DNA of 64,000 bases from Armatimonadota bacterium. Its GTDB lineage: Bacteria; Armatimonadota; HRBIN16. How positions within the stretch are numbered: position 1 is the first letter of the stretch; each line of letters opens with the position of its first letter. Position numbers and translations under genes: made by a program. The DNA is taken from NCBI GenBank assembly GCA_963677485.1, contig OY781964.1, forward strand, positions 4,832,001-4,896,000. Reading direction: 5' to 3'. This document shows positions 19,487-29,291 of the stretch, in pieces. The notes under the pieces are model-generated. The model did not search any database, had not been told where the DNA came from, and saw only the letters and a program-made list of their open reading frames with translations.

Positions 19487-21441
19487 ACCAGTTCCCTCCG
19501 CTCCTTCATATCATAAAGTTTGCGTTCCTTCTTGGCGTTAATCCCAAGGGCGTCGCGCTTACCCTCTATGTGATCAATGATCTTCTGTGCGGCGATGTCG
19601 GGATCTGGCTCCCACTCGAATTTACCGCCGGTGATGTCTGCCATATCTTCGCACAGCAGCTTGGTGACGTTGGCGCTGCCCTCTACATATAGCGGATGGC
19701 CAAGAACGACGTACAGCCCGCTGGCTACGAAGTAACTACCAATCGCAACGGCCTTCTCACTCATCCACTCAGGTGCTGCACCCGCGACTGGCAGGTCGGA
19801 AAGGTCTTCGCCTAAACCACCCTCAAGCAGCACATTGGTGGCAGCCATCAGGATGCGGCTATTGTCAACGCATGAGCCCATATGCAGCACGGGAGGTATA
19901 CCCACCGCCTCGCAGACTTCACGCAGTGAATCGCCCGCATACTGCAGCGCAGCTTCAGGAACCAGAAGTCCCTCTTTGGCGCAGGCGATGGCGGAACAAC
20001 CGGTCTGAAGCACCAGGATGTTCGCCTTGATGAGTGCCTTGGTCATGCGGATATGCGAATCATCTGAGCGCACCTTGGGGTTGCTGCAGCCCACAATGCC
20101 GACCACTCCACGGATACGCCCGTCAATGATCGCGTCATTGAGGGGACGGAAGGTGCTTCGGAAGCGCCCGCCAAGCATCTGGAAGATCGTCTCATTGGAA
20201 AAGCCTGCTACCAGGTCCATCGATTCGGTTGGGATATTGACCCGGGTGGCATCTCGGTTCTCGTAGTTGTCGATGGCCATACGGATCAGCCGGCAGGCGT
20301 GCGCATAGCCTTCTTGAACATCAAACGTGATCTGTTCCGCGTTGAAGGTGTGGGCTATCTCCGATGTGCTGATCAGTTTCGTATGGAAGCACTTAGTGAC
20401 TTCAGGAAGTGAAGGCATGACGCACTGAACATCCACGATCATCATCTCAACGGCACCGGTGACGATGGCCAGCTCTTGCTGCAGGAAGTTACCAGCTATC
20501 GGCAAACCATGGCGCATCAGAACTTCGTTCGCCGTGCAGCAGATACCGGAGATGTTGATGCCGGCGGCACCCTTGCTTTTGGCGTAAGCCAGCAGCTCTT
20601 CATCGATGGACGCGGTGGCGAGCATCTCAGACAGCGTCGGCTCGTGGCCATGCACGATGATATTTACTTTATCATCGGACAGAACACCAAGGTTCACGCG
20701 GCTGCGAATGGGCTTAGGTGTGCCAAACAAGATATCTGACACAGCAGTGGCGATCATCGAGCCCACCCAGCCATCGGCCAGGCTGCACTTCAGGCCACCC
20801 ATGATGAGGTGGTGATAGTCATGATCAACACCCATGTGCGTTCGGTGCATCAGCTCTACCACGGCGGAGTCCACACCATTAGGTGCAATCTCCAGCTTCT
20901 CCCAAAGAGCTTGACGTTTCTCTGGAGCCATCTTAAGAATTTCGTTGGGCTTTTCAGACCAAGCAAACTGAGCCATGAAGAAGTCCGCCAGTTCGCCGGC
21001 GATCTGAAGGTCATCGCGGCCTTCTATCTCCATCTCAAAAAACTGAGCGATCTCGTGCAGTCTGCGGGAATCGGTGATCTTATAGGAGCCACCTTTACCA
21101 GCCACCACACTCTTGAGTGTTCGGACCAGCATACGGCCATGGTCAGAGTGTGCTGCAGTTCCTGCGGCGATTTCACGCAGCAAGTTCCGCGCCGTGATCG
21201 TATCAGCATCGGCTCCGCAAATTCCCTTTGGGGCTTTCGCGGTGATCCGGCATGGTCCCATATGGCACAACCGGCAGCAAACCCCTGTCATGCCGAACTT
21301 GCACTGTGGCTGCTGTGTTTTATATCGATCCCAAACAGTCGATATGCCTCCAACCTGTGCGATGTCGATCATGCGGTTAGTTGCTGAGTCGTGTGAATAT
21401 AAGTTATTGCCTTTTGGTTCGTTCACTTCGGGCATCTTCAA
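19483..21441 (-). CDS. acsA: Anaerobic Ni,Fe carbon monoxide dehydrogenase catalytic subunit
   Basis: PQCKFG..CCRLCHMGPC, HGHEP, GICCTANE, DVQC, VGCSNP, TGCSA, MGSCVDNSR and WMSEKA motifs (all cluster ligands present). Confidence 0.95.
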   Translation of the reverse strand: MKMPEVNEPKGNNLYSHDSATNRMIDIAQVGGISTVWDRYKTQQPQCKFGMTGVCCRLCHMGPCRITAKAPKGICGADADTITARNLLREIAAGTAAHSDHGRMLVRTLKSVVAGKGGSYKITDSRRLHEIAQFFEMEIEGRDDLQIAGELADFFMAQFAWSEKPNEILKMAPEKRQALWEKLEIAPNGVDSAVVELMHRTHMGVDHDYHHLIMGGLKCSLADGWVGSMIATAVSDILFGTPKPIRSRVNLGVLSDDKVNIIVHGHEPTLSEMLATASIDEELLAYAKSKGAAGINISGICCTANEVLMRHGLPIAGNFLQQELAIVTGAVEMMIVDVQCVMPSLPEVTKCFHTKLISTSEIAHTFNAEQITFDVQEGYAHACRLIRMAIDNYENRDATRVNIPTESMDLVAGFSNETIFQMLGGRFRSTFRPLNDAIIDGRIRGVVGIVGCSNPKVRSDDSHIRMTKALIKANILVLQTGCSAIACAKEGLLVPEAALQYAGDSLREVCEAVGIPPVLHMGSCVDNSRILMAATNVLLEGGLGEDLSDLPVAGAAPEWMSEKAVAIGSYFVASGLYVVLGHPLYVEGSANVTKLLCEDMADITGGKFEWEPDPDIAAQKIIDHIEGKRDALGINAKKERKLYDMKERRELV

Positions 21442-21584
21442 TCGGCTCCTTGTCTTGGCATCTAGTAGTGACCAGGAATGATAGCTTATGCTATTAAGTA
21501 TTCCCTTACGATATTAGGTATCCGTATGCGACCTTCATCACCACGCGATCATATGTGATGATGATTTCAGAAATGATTCTGTGA

Positions 21585-22343
21585 TTATTCGGTCAAGTAT
21601 TGGGAAAGCATTGCTCCGACGGCTTGCCTGGCAGGGGATTCCAAGGGGATATCCACCACTGCCATTCCACCGGCATCCTGGTCGGCAACATTTTGATCAA
21701 CGGGTATGATTGCGATGATGGGCAGGCCAGTCAGCTCTGCCTCTTTTTGCACCATGGGAGGTAGTATACCGTCCGGAACACGGTTGATGATCAGTCCCCT
21801 GTGCTTCACTGGTGTGCCCATCTCGTCGGTCAGTTTTGCGATTGTTCCCGCAGTACGCACCCCACGGACGCTGCAGTCTGTGACGATGCATAACAGGTCA
21901 ACGGTCAGTAGCGTGCGTCGCGCCAGGTGCTCTAAACCGGCTTCGTTGTCTACCACCACATGGCGGTAGTTCTCAGACAGTTTACGTATGACATCACGTA
22001 GCACGTTGTTCGCGAAGCAGTAACAGCCGGGGCCTTCAGGGCGGCCCATGACGATCAAGTCGTAACCGTCCTGCTCTACCATGGCTTCCTGAACGCGTAC
22101 ATCCATGAACTCTTGTTTGGATATACCCGAAAGCTCTTTTGCTTTATGCAGAGCATCTTCGCGGATTCCGCCCACTGTGGCATCGTATGAGACACCGAGA
22201 GCTTCGTGCAGGTTCGCATTGGAATCAGCATCGACTGCCAGCACCGGGGTTTCTCCACGTGCGACCAGCCATTTGATGATCAGGGATGAGAGGGTCGTTT
22301 TACCGACCCCTCCCTTCCCGGTGATGGCGATGGTTAGTTTCAT
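21585..22343 (-). CDS. cooC: CooC/AcsF nickel-insertion ATPase
   Basis: GKGGVGKTT, VDAD, GPGCYC and DNEAGLEH motifs. Confidence 0.92.
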   Translation of the reverse strand: MKLTIAITGKGGVGKTTLSSLIIKWLVARGETPVLAVDADSNANLHEALGVSYDATVGGIREDALHKAKELSGISKQEFMDVRVQEAMVEQDGYDLIVMGRPEGPGCYCFANNVLRDVIRKLSENYRHVVVDNEAGLEHLARRTLLTVDLLCIVTDCSVRGVRTAGTIAKLTDEMGTPVKHRGLIINRVPDGILPPMVQKEAELTGLPIIAIIPVDQNVADQDAGGMAVVDIPLESPARQAVGAMLSQYLTE

Positions 22344-22358
22344 TCAGCCTTCCGTATT

Positions 22359-23411
22359 CTACGCAAGCCGTGCCTGGAGTGCAGCACTGGTCTTACCGAG
22401 AAGATCGAATACCAGCTCTGCATCAGCTACAGGCAAGGAGCCAGTGCCGCAAGACGGGGTGATCATTGCCTGATTCAGGATCAGCTCACGGGATATGCCC
22501 GCTGCTTTTGCTAGGTTATCTACACCTTCGTCAAACTTCGCCACGAGGCTCTCAACTGTCTGGGCTTGTATCTTGGCACTGTTGGTAGGAACCACGCCCC
22601 ACGCCAACACCTTACCGGCTTCCAGGTGGACCTTTACAGCTTGTGGGTATAACGCGATGGTGTCAGCAAACTCAAATGCATCGAAGTTCACCACATCCAC
22701 ACCGGCATCCATGAGGATAGACCATTCCGTGTTTCCGCAGCAGTGAACACCGGCAAGCGCACCCTCGGCGTGAACGGCATCCACTACCTCGGCCAGTTTT
22801 TCCACTACGTCTTCACGGCTCACGCTCACATATGTGGATGATCCGAATGCAGATAGAATGGGCTCATCAATGAAGCAGATGATCTTTTCGGCAAACTGTT
22901 TGAACTTGCGGATCTGCCAGCGGCACTTCATGGCGAGCGCTTTGACCACCACATCGATGAACTCAGCGTTGTAATAGATCGCTCGTTTGTTCTCATCGAC
23001 GATGGTCAGGCCGAAGCTGATGGGCCCTGTGGTCTGCACTTTCATAATCGGGCGCACTCCACCCTCAGCCTGCAGAGCAGCTTCCATGGCGAAAATGCCT
23101 TTGGAAAATTCCGGGGTAATCTGGAAATAGTCGTAGTTCTCCATGAGATAGTTCTCATAGAAATTCGCCAGATCCATCGAGTAGTCTCCCGTCGTATCAA
23201 AATACATGCGTCCTTTGACGCGGTCAATGACCACGCGGGGCATTCCTTCGGAATACTGCATCTCCATCTGTTCGTTCATGCCATTTGCGGGCAACTGTGG
23301 CCAGATAGGAGCGACAGGAATGCTATTCAATATCACTTTCACAGCATCAGCAGCATTGGCATGCGGCAGACTTCCTATTGCTGTGGCAATACATTTGGGT
23401 GAGAAGCTCAT
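22359..23411 (-). CDS. mesB: Core (folate-independent, methylcorrinoid-dependent) methionine synthase, MesB-like
   Basis: ATAIGSLPH, WPQLP, EQMEMQYSEGMP, TGPISF, FIDEP, GVHCCG and ITPSCG motifs; single-barrel length ~350 aa; GGAGGA RBS. Confidence 0.75.
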   Translation of the reverse strand: MSFSPKCIATAIGSLPHANAADAVKVILNSIPVAPIWPQLPANGMNEQMEMQYSEGMPRVVIDRVKGRMYFDTTGDYSMDLANFYENYLMENYDYFQITPEFSKGIFAMEAALQAEGGVRPIMKVQTTGPISFGLTIVDENKRAIYYNAEFIDVVVKALAMKCRWQIRKFKQFAEKIICFIDEPILSAFGSSTYVSVSREDVVEKLAEVVDAVHAEGALAGVHCCGNTEWSILMDAGVDVVNFDAFEFADTIALYPQAVKVHLEAGKVLAWGVVPTNSAKIQAQTVESLVAKFDEGVDNLAKAAGISRELILNQAMITPSCGTGSLPVADAELVFDLLGKTSAALQARLA

Positions 23412-23438
23412 GATGTATCCTCCGTCGGTATTCAATGT

Positions 23439-24248
23439 TTATAATTTCAGGGCGTCTGGCCGCTCATAGTTGCTTATGATAGCCTGTTTGATATTCCGAA
23501 ATGGTTCTAGTAGTTCGGGTTCGTGCAGGTCGGCTAGTGCTAACGCAGTCCTGTCAGCCATACCGATGCGGGCATCATATGGGATGACACCTAGAACAGC
23601 ACCTTCACCAAACTCATTCACGACCCACGCGCGGTCCGACACGGGGTCAGTCGCTTTGTTGATCACTATGGCAAATTGTTTAATTCCGATACCGGCAGCC
23701 AGATCACGCACGCGAAGGGCTGTCTCTACACTACGCTTCCCGGGCTCTACAACCGCCAGCATAAGGTCCACTCCCATGGCGGTACCTCGCCCAAGGTGCT
23801 CTATGCCAGCCTCCATGTCGAGAATGACCACCTCATTGCGTTTTAACACAATCTCTCGGACGAGTGACTTCAGCAGCACGCTCTCAGGGCAGTTGCATCC
23901 TCCACCAGCACTAGGAATGCCACCAAGCACGAGTAAGTCAACACCTGCGTGATGCACGGCGTACTGCTCAGCTATTCCTGACACATCGGGGTTGATAGAG
24001 AATATCTGTCCAAACTGATTGACTTTAGCACCTGTGCGCTCTTCAACCAGTTGGCGTTCCTGAGAAATGGTGTGGATCCGCTGTAGAAGATCAGAGGGCA
24101 TACCGAGTGCCGATGCCAGATTTGCATCCGGGTCAGCATCGATAGCCAGAACCTTGCGCCCGTCTACTGCGAACAGTCTTGCGAGGGTGCCTGACAGCGT
24201 CGATTTCCCGACCCCGCCTTTTCCGGATATGGCCAGTTTAAGAGACAT
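23439..24248 (-). CDS. cooC: Second CooC-type nickel-insertion ATPase
   Basis: SGKGGVGKST, IDADPDANL, GGGCNC and LDMEAGIEHLGRGT motifs. Confidence 0.92.
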   Translation of the reverse strand: MSLKLAISGKGGVGKSTLSGTLARLFAVDGRKVLAIDADPDANLASALGMPSDLLQRIHTISQERQLVEERTGAKVNQFGQIFSINPDVSGIAEQYAVHHAGVDLLVLGGIPSAGGGCNCPESVLLKSLVREIVLKRNEVVILDMEAGIEHLGRGTAMGVDLMLAVVEPGKRSVETALRVRDLAAGIGIKQFAIVINKATDPVSDRAWVVNEFGEGAVLGVIPYDARIGMADRTALALADLHEPELLEPFRNIKQAIISNYERPDALKL

Positions 24249-24455
24249 GAATCATCCTTTGTGGCGAATATGGTACAAGTGCGAGCTGCATACAGCGGAT
24301 GGCCATATGCCGGAGGCACTACTATACGTTCTAGCATCTATAGATACTGAATGAAAGAAGAATGGTGTTGAGTTCTGGTAGATTAAGACCATCGTATGGG
24401 CAGTTTGCATAATAGTATTATAAGGTAAGTTGCAAGCATCCTTAGCCACTGTGAA

Positions 24456-24695
24456 CTAGTCGGTTTCTTTCATCTGGCCCAGTTGAGCCAGACACTCTTC
24501 CGCGTGCTTGCACCAGGCAGCACAAGCCATATTGTTCCGCGGATTCACCACACAGTGACTGCAGTGAGGACAGCTACGCCGCAGGTCATCCTTATAGAAC
24601 TCAATGGGCTGACCACAGTGAACACACGGCAACTCGTAGATGTCTTCATGTGTCCAGTAGCGCAAATCTTGACCGGGGCAGTTCGCAGGTGCCAT
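24456..24695 (-). CDS. Small Cys-rich zinc-ribbon-like protein
   Basis: ATG at 24695 with AGGAG RBS; CPGQD, CVHC, IEFYKDD, CPHC and CAAWC..AEEC motifs. Confidence 0.7.
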   Translation of the reverse strand: MAPANCPGQDLRYWTHEDIYELPCVHCGQPIEFYKDDLRRSCPHCSHCVVNPRNNMACAAWCKHAEECLAQLGQMKETD

Positions 24696-25050
24696 GGCAC
24701 TCTCCTGACAATAGCGATTCAGAGAGGAAATACGCCGCGGCGCTTCTCTTAATGTACATATTACCTTAGTAGATTTGGATGTGTATTTCAAATACAGCAT
24801 ACTTTAAGTGCTCATTATGGTAATATCGTGCTCCTAACAGCATTTATCGCTAAATGGCCGTTGTTGGTCGGCCCCCTACTCACTCGGCTGCTTCGTTGCA
24901 GCTATCCGTGCCACTAGTTCATTTCGCAGAAGCATGAAGTCGGTTGGTTTCCAGTCCATGTCCACATGGGGGCATTTCTTCACGTACGATGCGGCCCGCC
25001 GACTCATGAGGTGCGCTCAAGATCATAACTGAGAGTGGATCCTACCGAAT

Positions 25051-27060
25051 TCAACTACCGTCGCTGAATTCCTTCGCCTTCGCACGGCAGGAATTGATGG
25101 TGTTTCCATACCGATTCAGATAGCCTCTGAACGAGCCGGCATCTTTGCAATCATTGAGCCATAGGCGCGAAAACTCCGTTTTGAGTTCTTCGTATGCAGT
25201 CACCACAGCAAGCAGTTCATCAACAAGCTGCGCCTTGGGCACCAGTTTGTTCAGCACGTGTTCCCGCATCACGAACTTCCGCCCCATCGCTTCGTAGTTT
25301 TTCGCGGCGAAGAGAAGTTGTTCGATGACATCCTTGTTACGTTTGACCTTAGTCTGTGCTTTTTCCAGCAGTGTGACGGCTTGTTCGGCGGAGGCCAGGA
25401 TGGCTCTACCCAGGTTGCCAGGTTCAACGAGCGCCAGGATGGTAGGATCGGTGAAAGGGTCACCAAAGAACTCGTAATAGAACCGTCCGAAGCGGCTGTT
25501 GCCAACATATGCTGGCTCATCAATCTCGCCTGCCGCATTGCGTAGCCTGAGCTTCTTTCCGTTGATATTACCAGCCAGGTTGATCGCCCGTGCTACCGTG
25601 TCATCTTTGATGCCGAATATCAGCTTCCCAATCGTCTTGTTGAAGTAGGCGATGTCTAGCTTCGCACCCGCCCACGCACACACGCCATGATACAGAATTG
25701 GATACCATGTCATACCCGGCAGGTGATAGTGTCCGTCATCACCCCAGTCGGTGGTGACGCTGCCAGTTGCTCCACACTGCACGGCCCGACTGACGGTGAC
25801 ATCGGAAAACTGCTTCGCATGACCAACATACGGCATGATGTGACCGTGCGAATCGATCCAGGGTTGTGCGAAGAAATCCAATCCCAGTTTATGAAGTCTG
25901 GGGAAGTCTTTTTCCCAACTGCCGTAGAAGTCAGCCGTATAATAGCTGGCGATCAGCATGTCCTTAGGCAGCCTTTCGACAACTGATCCCAGTCCCGCAA
26001 GAGTGCCTTCATCCGCGAGCGGACCTTGCGCCACAATGAGACGCATACCCCTCTTAGCCAATTCATCACGCATTTTGGTCGCGTATTTCAAAGTCAGCTC
26101 AGTCAGTTCATGCTGTGTGGTACCGCTCTCTTTAAAGGCTGTGTCGTTGATCTCGGTGATATCAACCGTGATGAACTTGCCGGGAAAAGCATCGCATATC
26201 TCATTGATCAGATCAAGCACGAAAGCCACGGATTCGGGTTTTCGTATATCAACCGTTCCGCCATCGGGAACCATGAACTTTCTGTAAGGTGGCTTCAAGC
26301 CTATGATGTAAAAATGCCCAAAGGTCTGCATCATGGGATGAACTTCCATGTGGTAGCGATCGGCCATGTCGAACAGTTTACGGGCGTCCTGGGCCGTGAT
26401 GGCCTCAGGGGGCGCGATATCGGGGTAACGCGTCCATTTGAACTGGTCCTCTATGTAGAGTTCATACATATTCATCTTGGCTTCAGCCGTGATACTGGCA
26501 AGTCTTTGAAGGGCTTCGATTTTGGGCATCTGCCCTCGGCTCACATCGTATTGGAACCCGCGGTAACGCAGCGAAGGCCAGTCGCGAATCACAATGCCGG
26601 GTATCGATGTGCGGTCAGTCGCCATCTGCGCGATGGTGCGGGTGGCGTAATAGATGCCGGTCTCCGTCAACGCGGCGACGGTGATGCCCTCTGCGTCCAC
26701 TCGCAGGTAATAACCCTCTTCACCAAGAGCTTTCACATCGGCCGTGGTGACAGATGTGATTCCCTTAGGAATTCTGCCCTTCTGGCAAAGAACCAAGCTG
26801 ATGCATCGTGCTTCACGCGTATTCGGTATCACATTGAGTTTGATACCACAGCTTGTTTTTAACAGACCTGGAAAGTCGACACTAAGCCGTGTGTCGCGGC
26901 AACCCACAAGCCTGATGCCCAGGCACTTTCTCAAATCAAAACGGCCACTAACCATCGCCACAGCTTTTGGTTGGGGAAGAATCCAGACATCGGCGTTGCC
27001 AAGGATTTTGGCGACTTTCACGAAGTCCGTTTCGAAAGTTGAATGTGTCTGCACCACCAT
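25051..27060 (-). CDS. GH20-family (beta-N-acetylhexosaminidase-like) protein
   Basis: EEGYYL, IRDWPSLRYRGFQYDVSRG, KMNMYELYIE, QTFGH and TDWGDDGH motifs; AGGAG RBS. Confidence 0.8.
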   Translation of the reverse strand: MVVQTHSTFETDFVKVAKILGNADVWILPQPKAVAMVSGRFDLRKCLGIRLVGCRDTRLSVDFPGLLKTSCGIKLNVIPNTREARCISLVLCQKGRIPKGITSVTTADVKALGEEGYYLRVDAEGITVAALTETGIYYATRTIAQMATDRTSIPGIVIRDWPSLRYRGFQYDVSRGQMPKIEALQRLASITAEAKMNMYELYIEDQFKWTRYPDIAPPEAITAQDARKLFDMADRYHMEVHPMMQTFGHFYIIGLKPPYRKFMVPDGGTVDIRKPESVAFVLDLINEICDAFPGKFITVDITEINDTAFKESGTTQHELTELTLKYATKMRDELAKRGMRLIVAQGPLADEGTLAGLGSVVERLPKDMLIASYYTADFYGSWEKDFPRLHKLGLDFFAQPWIDSHGHIMPYVGHAKQFSDVTVSRAVQCGATGSVTTDWGDDGHYHLPGMTWYPILYHGVCAWAGAKLDIAYFNKTIGKLIFGIKDDTVARAINLAGNINGKKLRLRNAAGEIDEPAYVGNSRFGRFYYEFFGDPFTDPTILALVEPGNLGRAILASAEQAVTLLEKAQTKVKRNKDVIEQLLFAAKNYEAMGRKFVMREHVLNKLVPKAQLVDELLAVVTAYEELKTEFSRLWLNDCKDAGSFRGYLNRYGNTINSCRAKAKEFSDGS

Positions 27061-27287
27061 ATCTCCTATACGTCTTGATCGCGTCATATACCCGTCAGTA
27101 CCACACTTTGATGGGCACAACGCAGGATGCGAAGCTCACTTCAGAGCGTAGTTTAGGTGCAGTATATCAAGACTCGTGCCTCGATTCGTCGAATTCCCGC
27201 CGGATCCGCGAAATACGTCTCATTGACATCTATCTACCCCCATGGAATCATATAAATGATGTGCAACTTTTTGCAGGAGGAAGTTCG

Positions 27288-28292
27288 GTGTCACCAGAAC
27301 ATATAGCTGATCCACTTATCAAAGGTACATGGCTTACCTATCGACCCGAAATCAAGGTGCTCGACTGCACCATACGTGATGGAGGTTTGATAAACAGCCA
27401 CAACTTTGAGGATGAATTCGTCAAAGCCGTCTATGATACCTGCGTCGCTGCTGGTATTGACGCCATGGAATTCGGATATAAGGCTGACAAAAAGATATTT
27501 GCTCCTGCGATGTATGGCGACTGGAAATTCAGCACTGAAGATGCATTACGCCGCATAGTTGATGATAATCCGACAAAGCTTAAACTGGCTGTGATGGCTG
27601 ATGCGGAACGCACCAATTACCACACCGATATCCTTCAGAAATCGGACAGCGTCATTGACATCGTCCGAGTGGCCACTTACGTCCACCAGATTCCTGCCGC
27701 GCTCGATATGATCAAAGATGCGGCTGATAAGGGATATAGCGTCACGGCCAACCTGATGGCAATTTCGGCGATTCAAGAAAATGAGCTGCGTGAAGCCATT
27801 GAAGTGCTTTCTAACAGTCCGATTTGCGGACTGTATATAGTGGACAGCTTTGGTACTTATTATTCGACGCAGATCAGAGACCTGACCCTTATGTTCTTGA
27901 AAGCCTGCGAAGGTAAGGACATCGAAGTGGGTGTACACGCTCACAATAACCAGATGCTGGCATACGCCAATACCGTAGAAGCATGCATCGTGGGCGCGAA
28001 CCGCCTGGATGCCACGATCAACGGTATGGGACGTGGAGCCGGCAACTGTCCATTAGAATTGCTGCTTGGTTTCCTCAAAAATCCGAAGTTCCATCAGCGT
28101 CCAGTGATCGAGTGCATCGAAAAGCAGTTTGTGCCGTTGGCAAAAAGCGGCGAAATGGAATGGGGTTACAAGATCCCTTACATGATCACAGGGCAGTTGA
28201 ACCAACATCCCCGCGCCGCCATCAAGATGCGCGAAAGTGATCGACCTGACGACTACACCGCGTTCTACGATCAGATGATCGAACTCGAATAG
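27288..28292 (+). CDS. DRE-TIM metallolyase, 4-hydroxy-2-oxovalerate aldolase-like catalytic domain
   Basis: VLDCTIRDGG, IVDSFG, GVHAHNN and GMGRGAGNCPLE motifs; GTG start with AGGAGG RBS. Confidence 0.82.
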   Translation: MSPEHIADPLIKGTWLTYRPEIKVLDCTIRDGGLINSHNFEDEFVKAVYDTCVAAGIDAMEFGYKADKKIFAPAMYGDWKFSTEDALRRIVDDNPTKLKLAVMADAERTNYHTDILQKSDSVIDIVRVATYVHQIPAALDMIKDAADKGYSVTANLMAISAIQENELREAIEVLSNSPICGLYIVDSFGTYYSTQIRDLTLMFLKACEGKDIEVGVHAHNNQMLAYANTVEACIVGANRLDATINGMGRGAGNCPLELLLGFLKNPKFHQRPVIECIEKQFVPLAKSGEMEWGYKIPYMITGQLNQHPRAAIKMRESDRPDDYTAFYDQMIELE

Positions 28293-28502
28293 TCTCACCG
28301 CCAGCTTCCACAATGCCTGCCGAAATCCCAAGTGATACGGCAGGCAGTTCTGTTTTCTGAGCTTCTGCCACCATAATATCATTTGGTGATAAAGACGGGC
28401 GACACAGATGCTACCATAGTTATACGTCATCAGGTCATACAAGCTGTTTCATCACACCAATTCAAGGTATCATAAAGAAAAAGCCGATGGAGGTCATCTG
28501 CA

Positions 28503-29261
28503 ATGGCGAAAGTGAAACGACAGGTCATTCATATCGACGAAGAGCTATGCGACGGATGCGGGCAGTGTGTGCCTTCCTGTGAAGAAGGTGCAATCCAAGT
28601 GATCGACGGCAAGGCACGGCTGGTGTCTGACAAATATTGTGACGGTCTGGGTGCCTGCCTGGGTGAGTGTCCTACCGGTGCGCTCAGTTTCGAGGAGCGT
28701 GAAGCCGAGGAGTTCGACGTGGAGTCAGTCGCTTCCCATCTGGCCGATATAGGCCGGGATCCAGCACCCCAAGCTCATGCACCATTTAGTATCAACATGG
28801 GGTCTAGCCATACCGGATGCCCTTCGGCGAAAACACAGCAACTTCAACCAAAGGCATCAAACACCCAGTTTACCGCAGGAGTTAAACCCGTGAGCGAGCT
28901 CAGGCAGTGGCCTGTGAAGCTCTATCTGGTCAACCCTTCCGCCCCCTATTTCGCAAACGCTGACGTCCTGCTGGCCGCGGACTGTTCCGGGTTTGCCTAT
29001 GGCTCAGTTCACCAAGACTTTGTCAAAGATAAGGTCGTGATCATCGGCTGCCCGAAATTCGACGACTACCAGCACCATGTGAACAAGTTGAGCGCAATCA
29101 TCTCCCAAAACAACATCAAGAGCATCACAGTGCTGCGAATGACGGTGCCATGCTGCTCGGGTTTATCAAGTATCGCACGTCAAGCCATGGTCAACGCCGG
29201 TAAGGACATTGCGATTACCGAGCGAATCGTGTCACTGCAAGGCGAGGTAGACCCAGTGTAG
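28503..29261 (+). CDS. 4Fe-4S dicluster protein with a Cys-rich C-terminal domain
   Basis: CDGCGQCVPSC, CDGLGACLGECP, GCPS, LRQWPVKL, ADC, GCPK and VPCC motifs. Confidence 0.82.
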   Translation: MAKVKRQVIHIDEELCDGCGQCVPSCEEGAIQVIDGKARLVSDKYCDGLGACLGECPTGALSFEEREAEEFDVESVASHLADIGRDPAPQAHAPFSINMGSSHTGCPSAKTQQLQPKASNTQFTAGVKPVSELRQWPVKLYLVNPSAPYFANADVLLAADCSGFAYGSVHQDFVKDKVVIIGCPKFDDYQHHVNKLSAIISQNNIKSITVLRMTVPCCSGLSSIARQAMVNAGKDIAITERIVSLQGEVDPV

Positions 29262-29291
29262 CTTCACCGTCTACCAGTTATGGAGAATCCA

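Noticed and set aside
11501-24248. Evidence of autotrophy through a complete Wood-Ljungdahl pathway
   Set aside because: Only the carbonyl branch is present; acsE, metF, folD, fhs and fdh are not in the window.
24249-24455. SAM or cobalamin riboswitch upstream of the acs/methionine operon
   Set aside because: No S-box or B12-box consensus could be seen on the minus strand.
24876-25007. 43-aa minus-strand ORF (MSRRAASY...LRNELVARIAA) that might be a gene remnant
   Set aside because: Too short, no RBS, and only a vague resemblance to glycoside-hydrolase C-termini.
26026-26862. Long antisense or alternative-frame ORFs (for example 26026-26862, 60406-61218, 57812-58444, 53860-54486)
   Set aside because: They overlap well-supported genes, have no motifs, and are expected shadows in GC-rich coding DNA.
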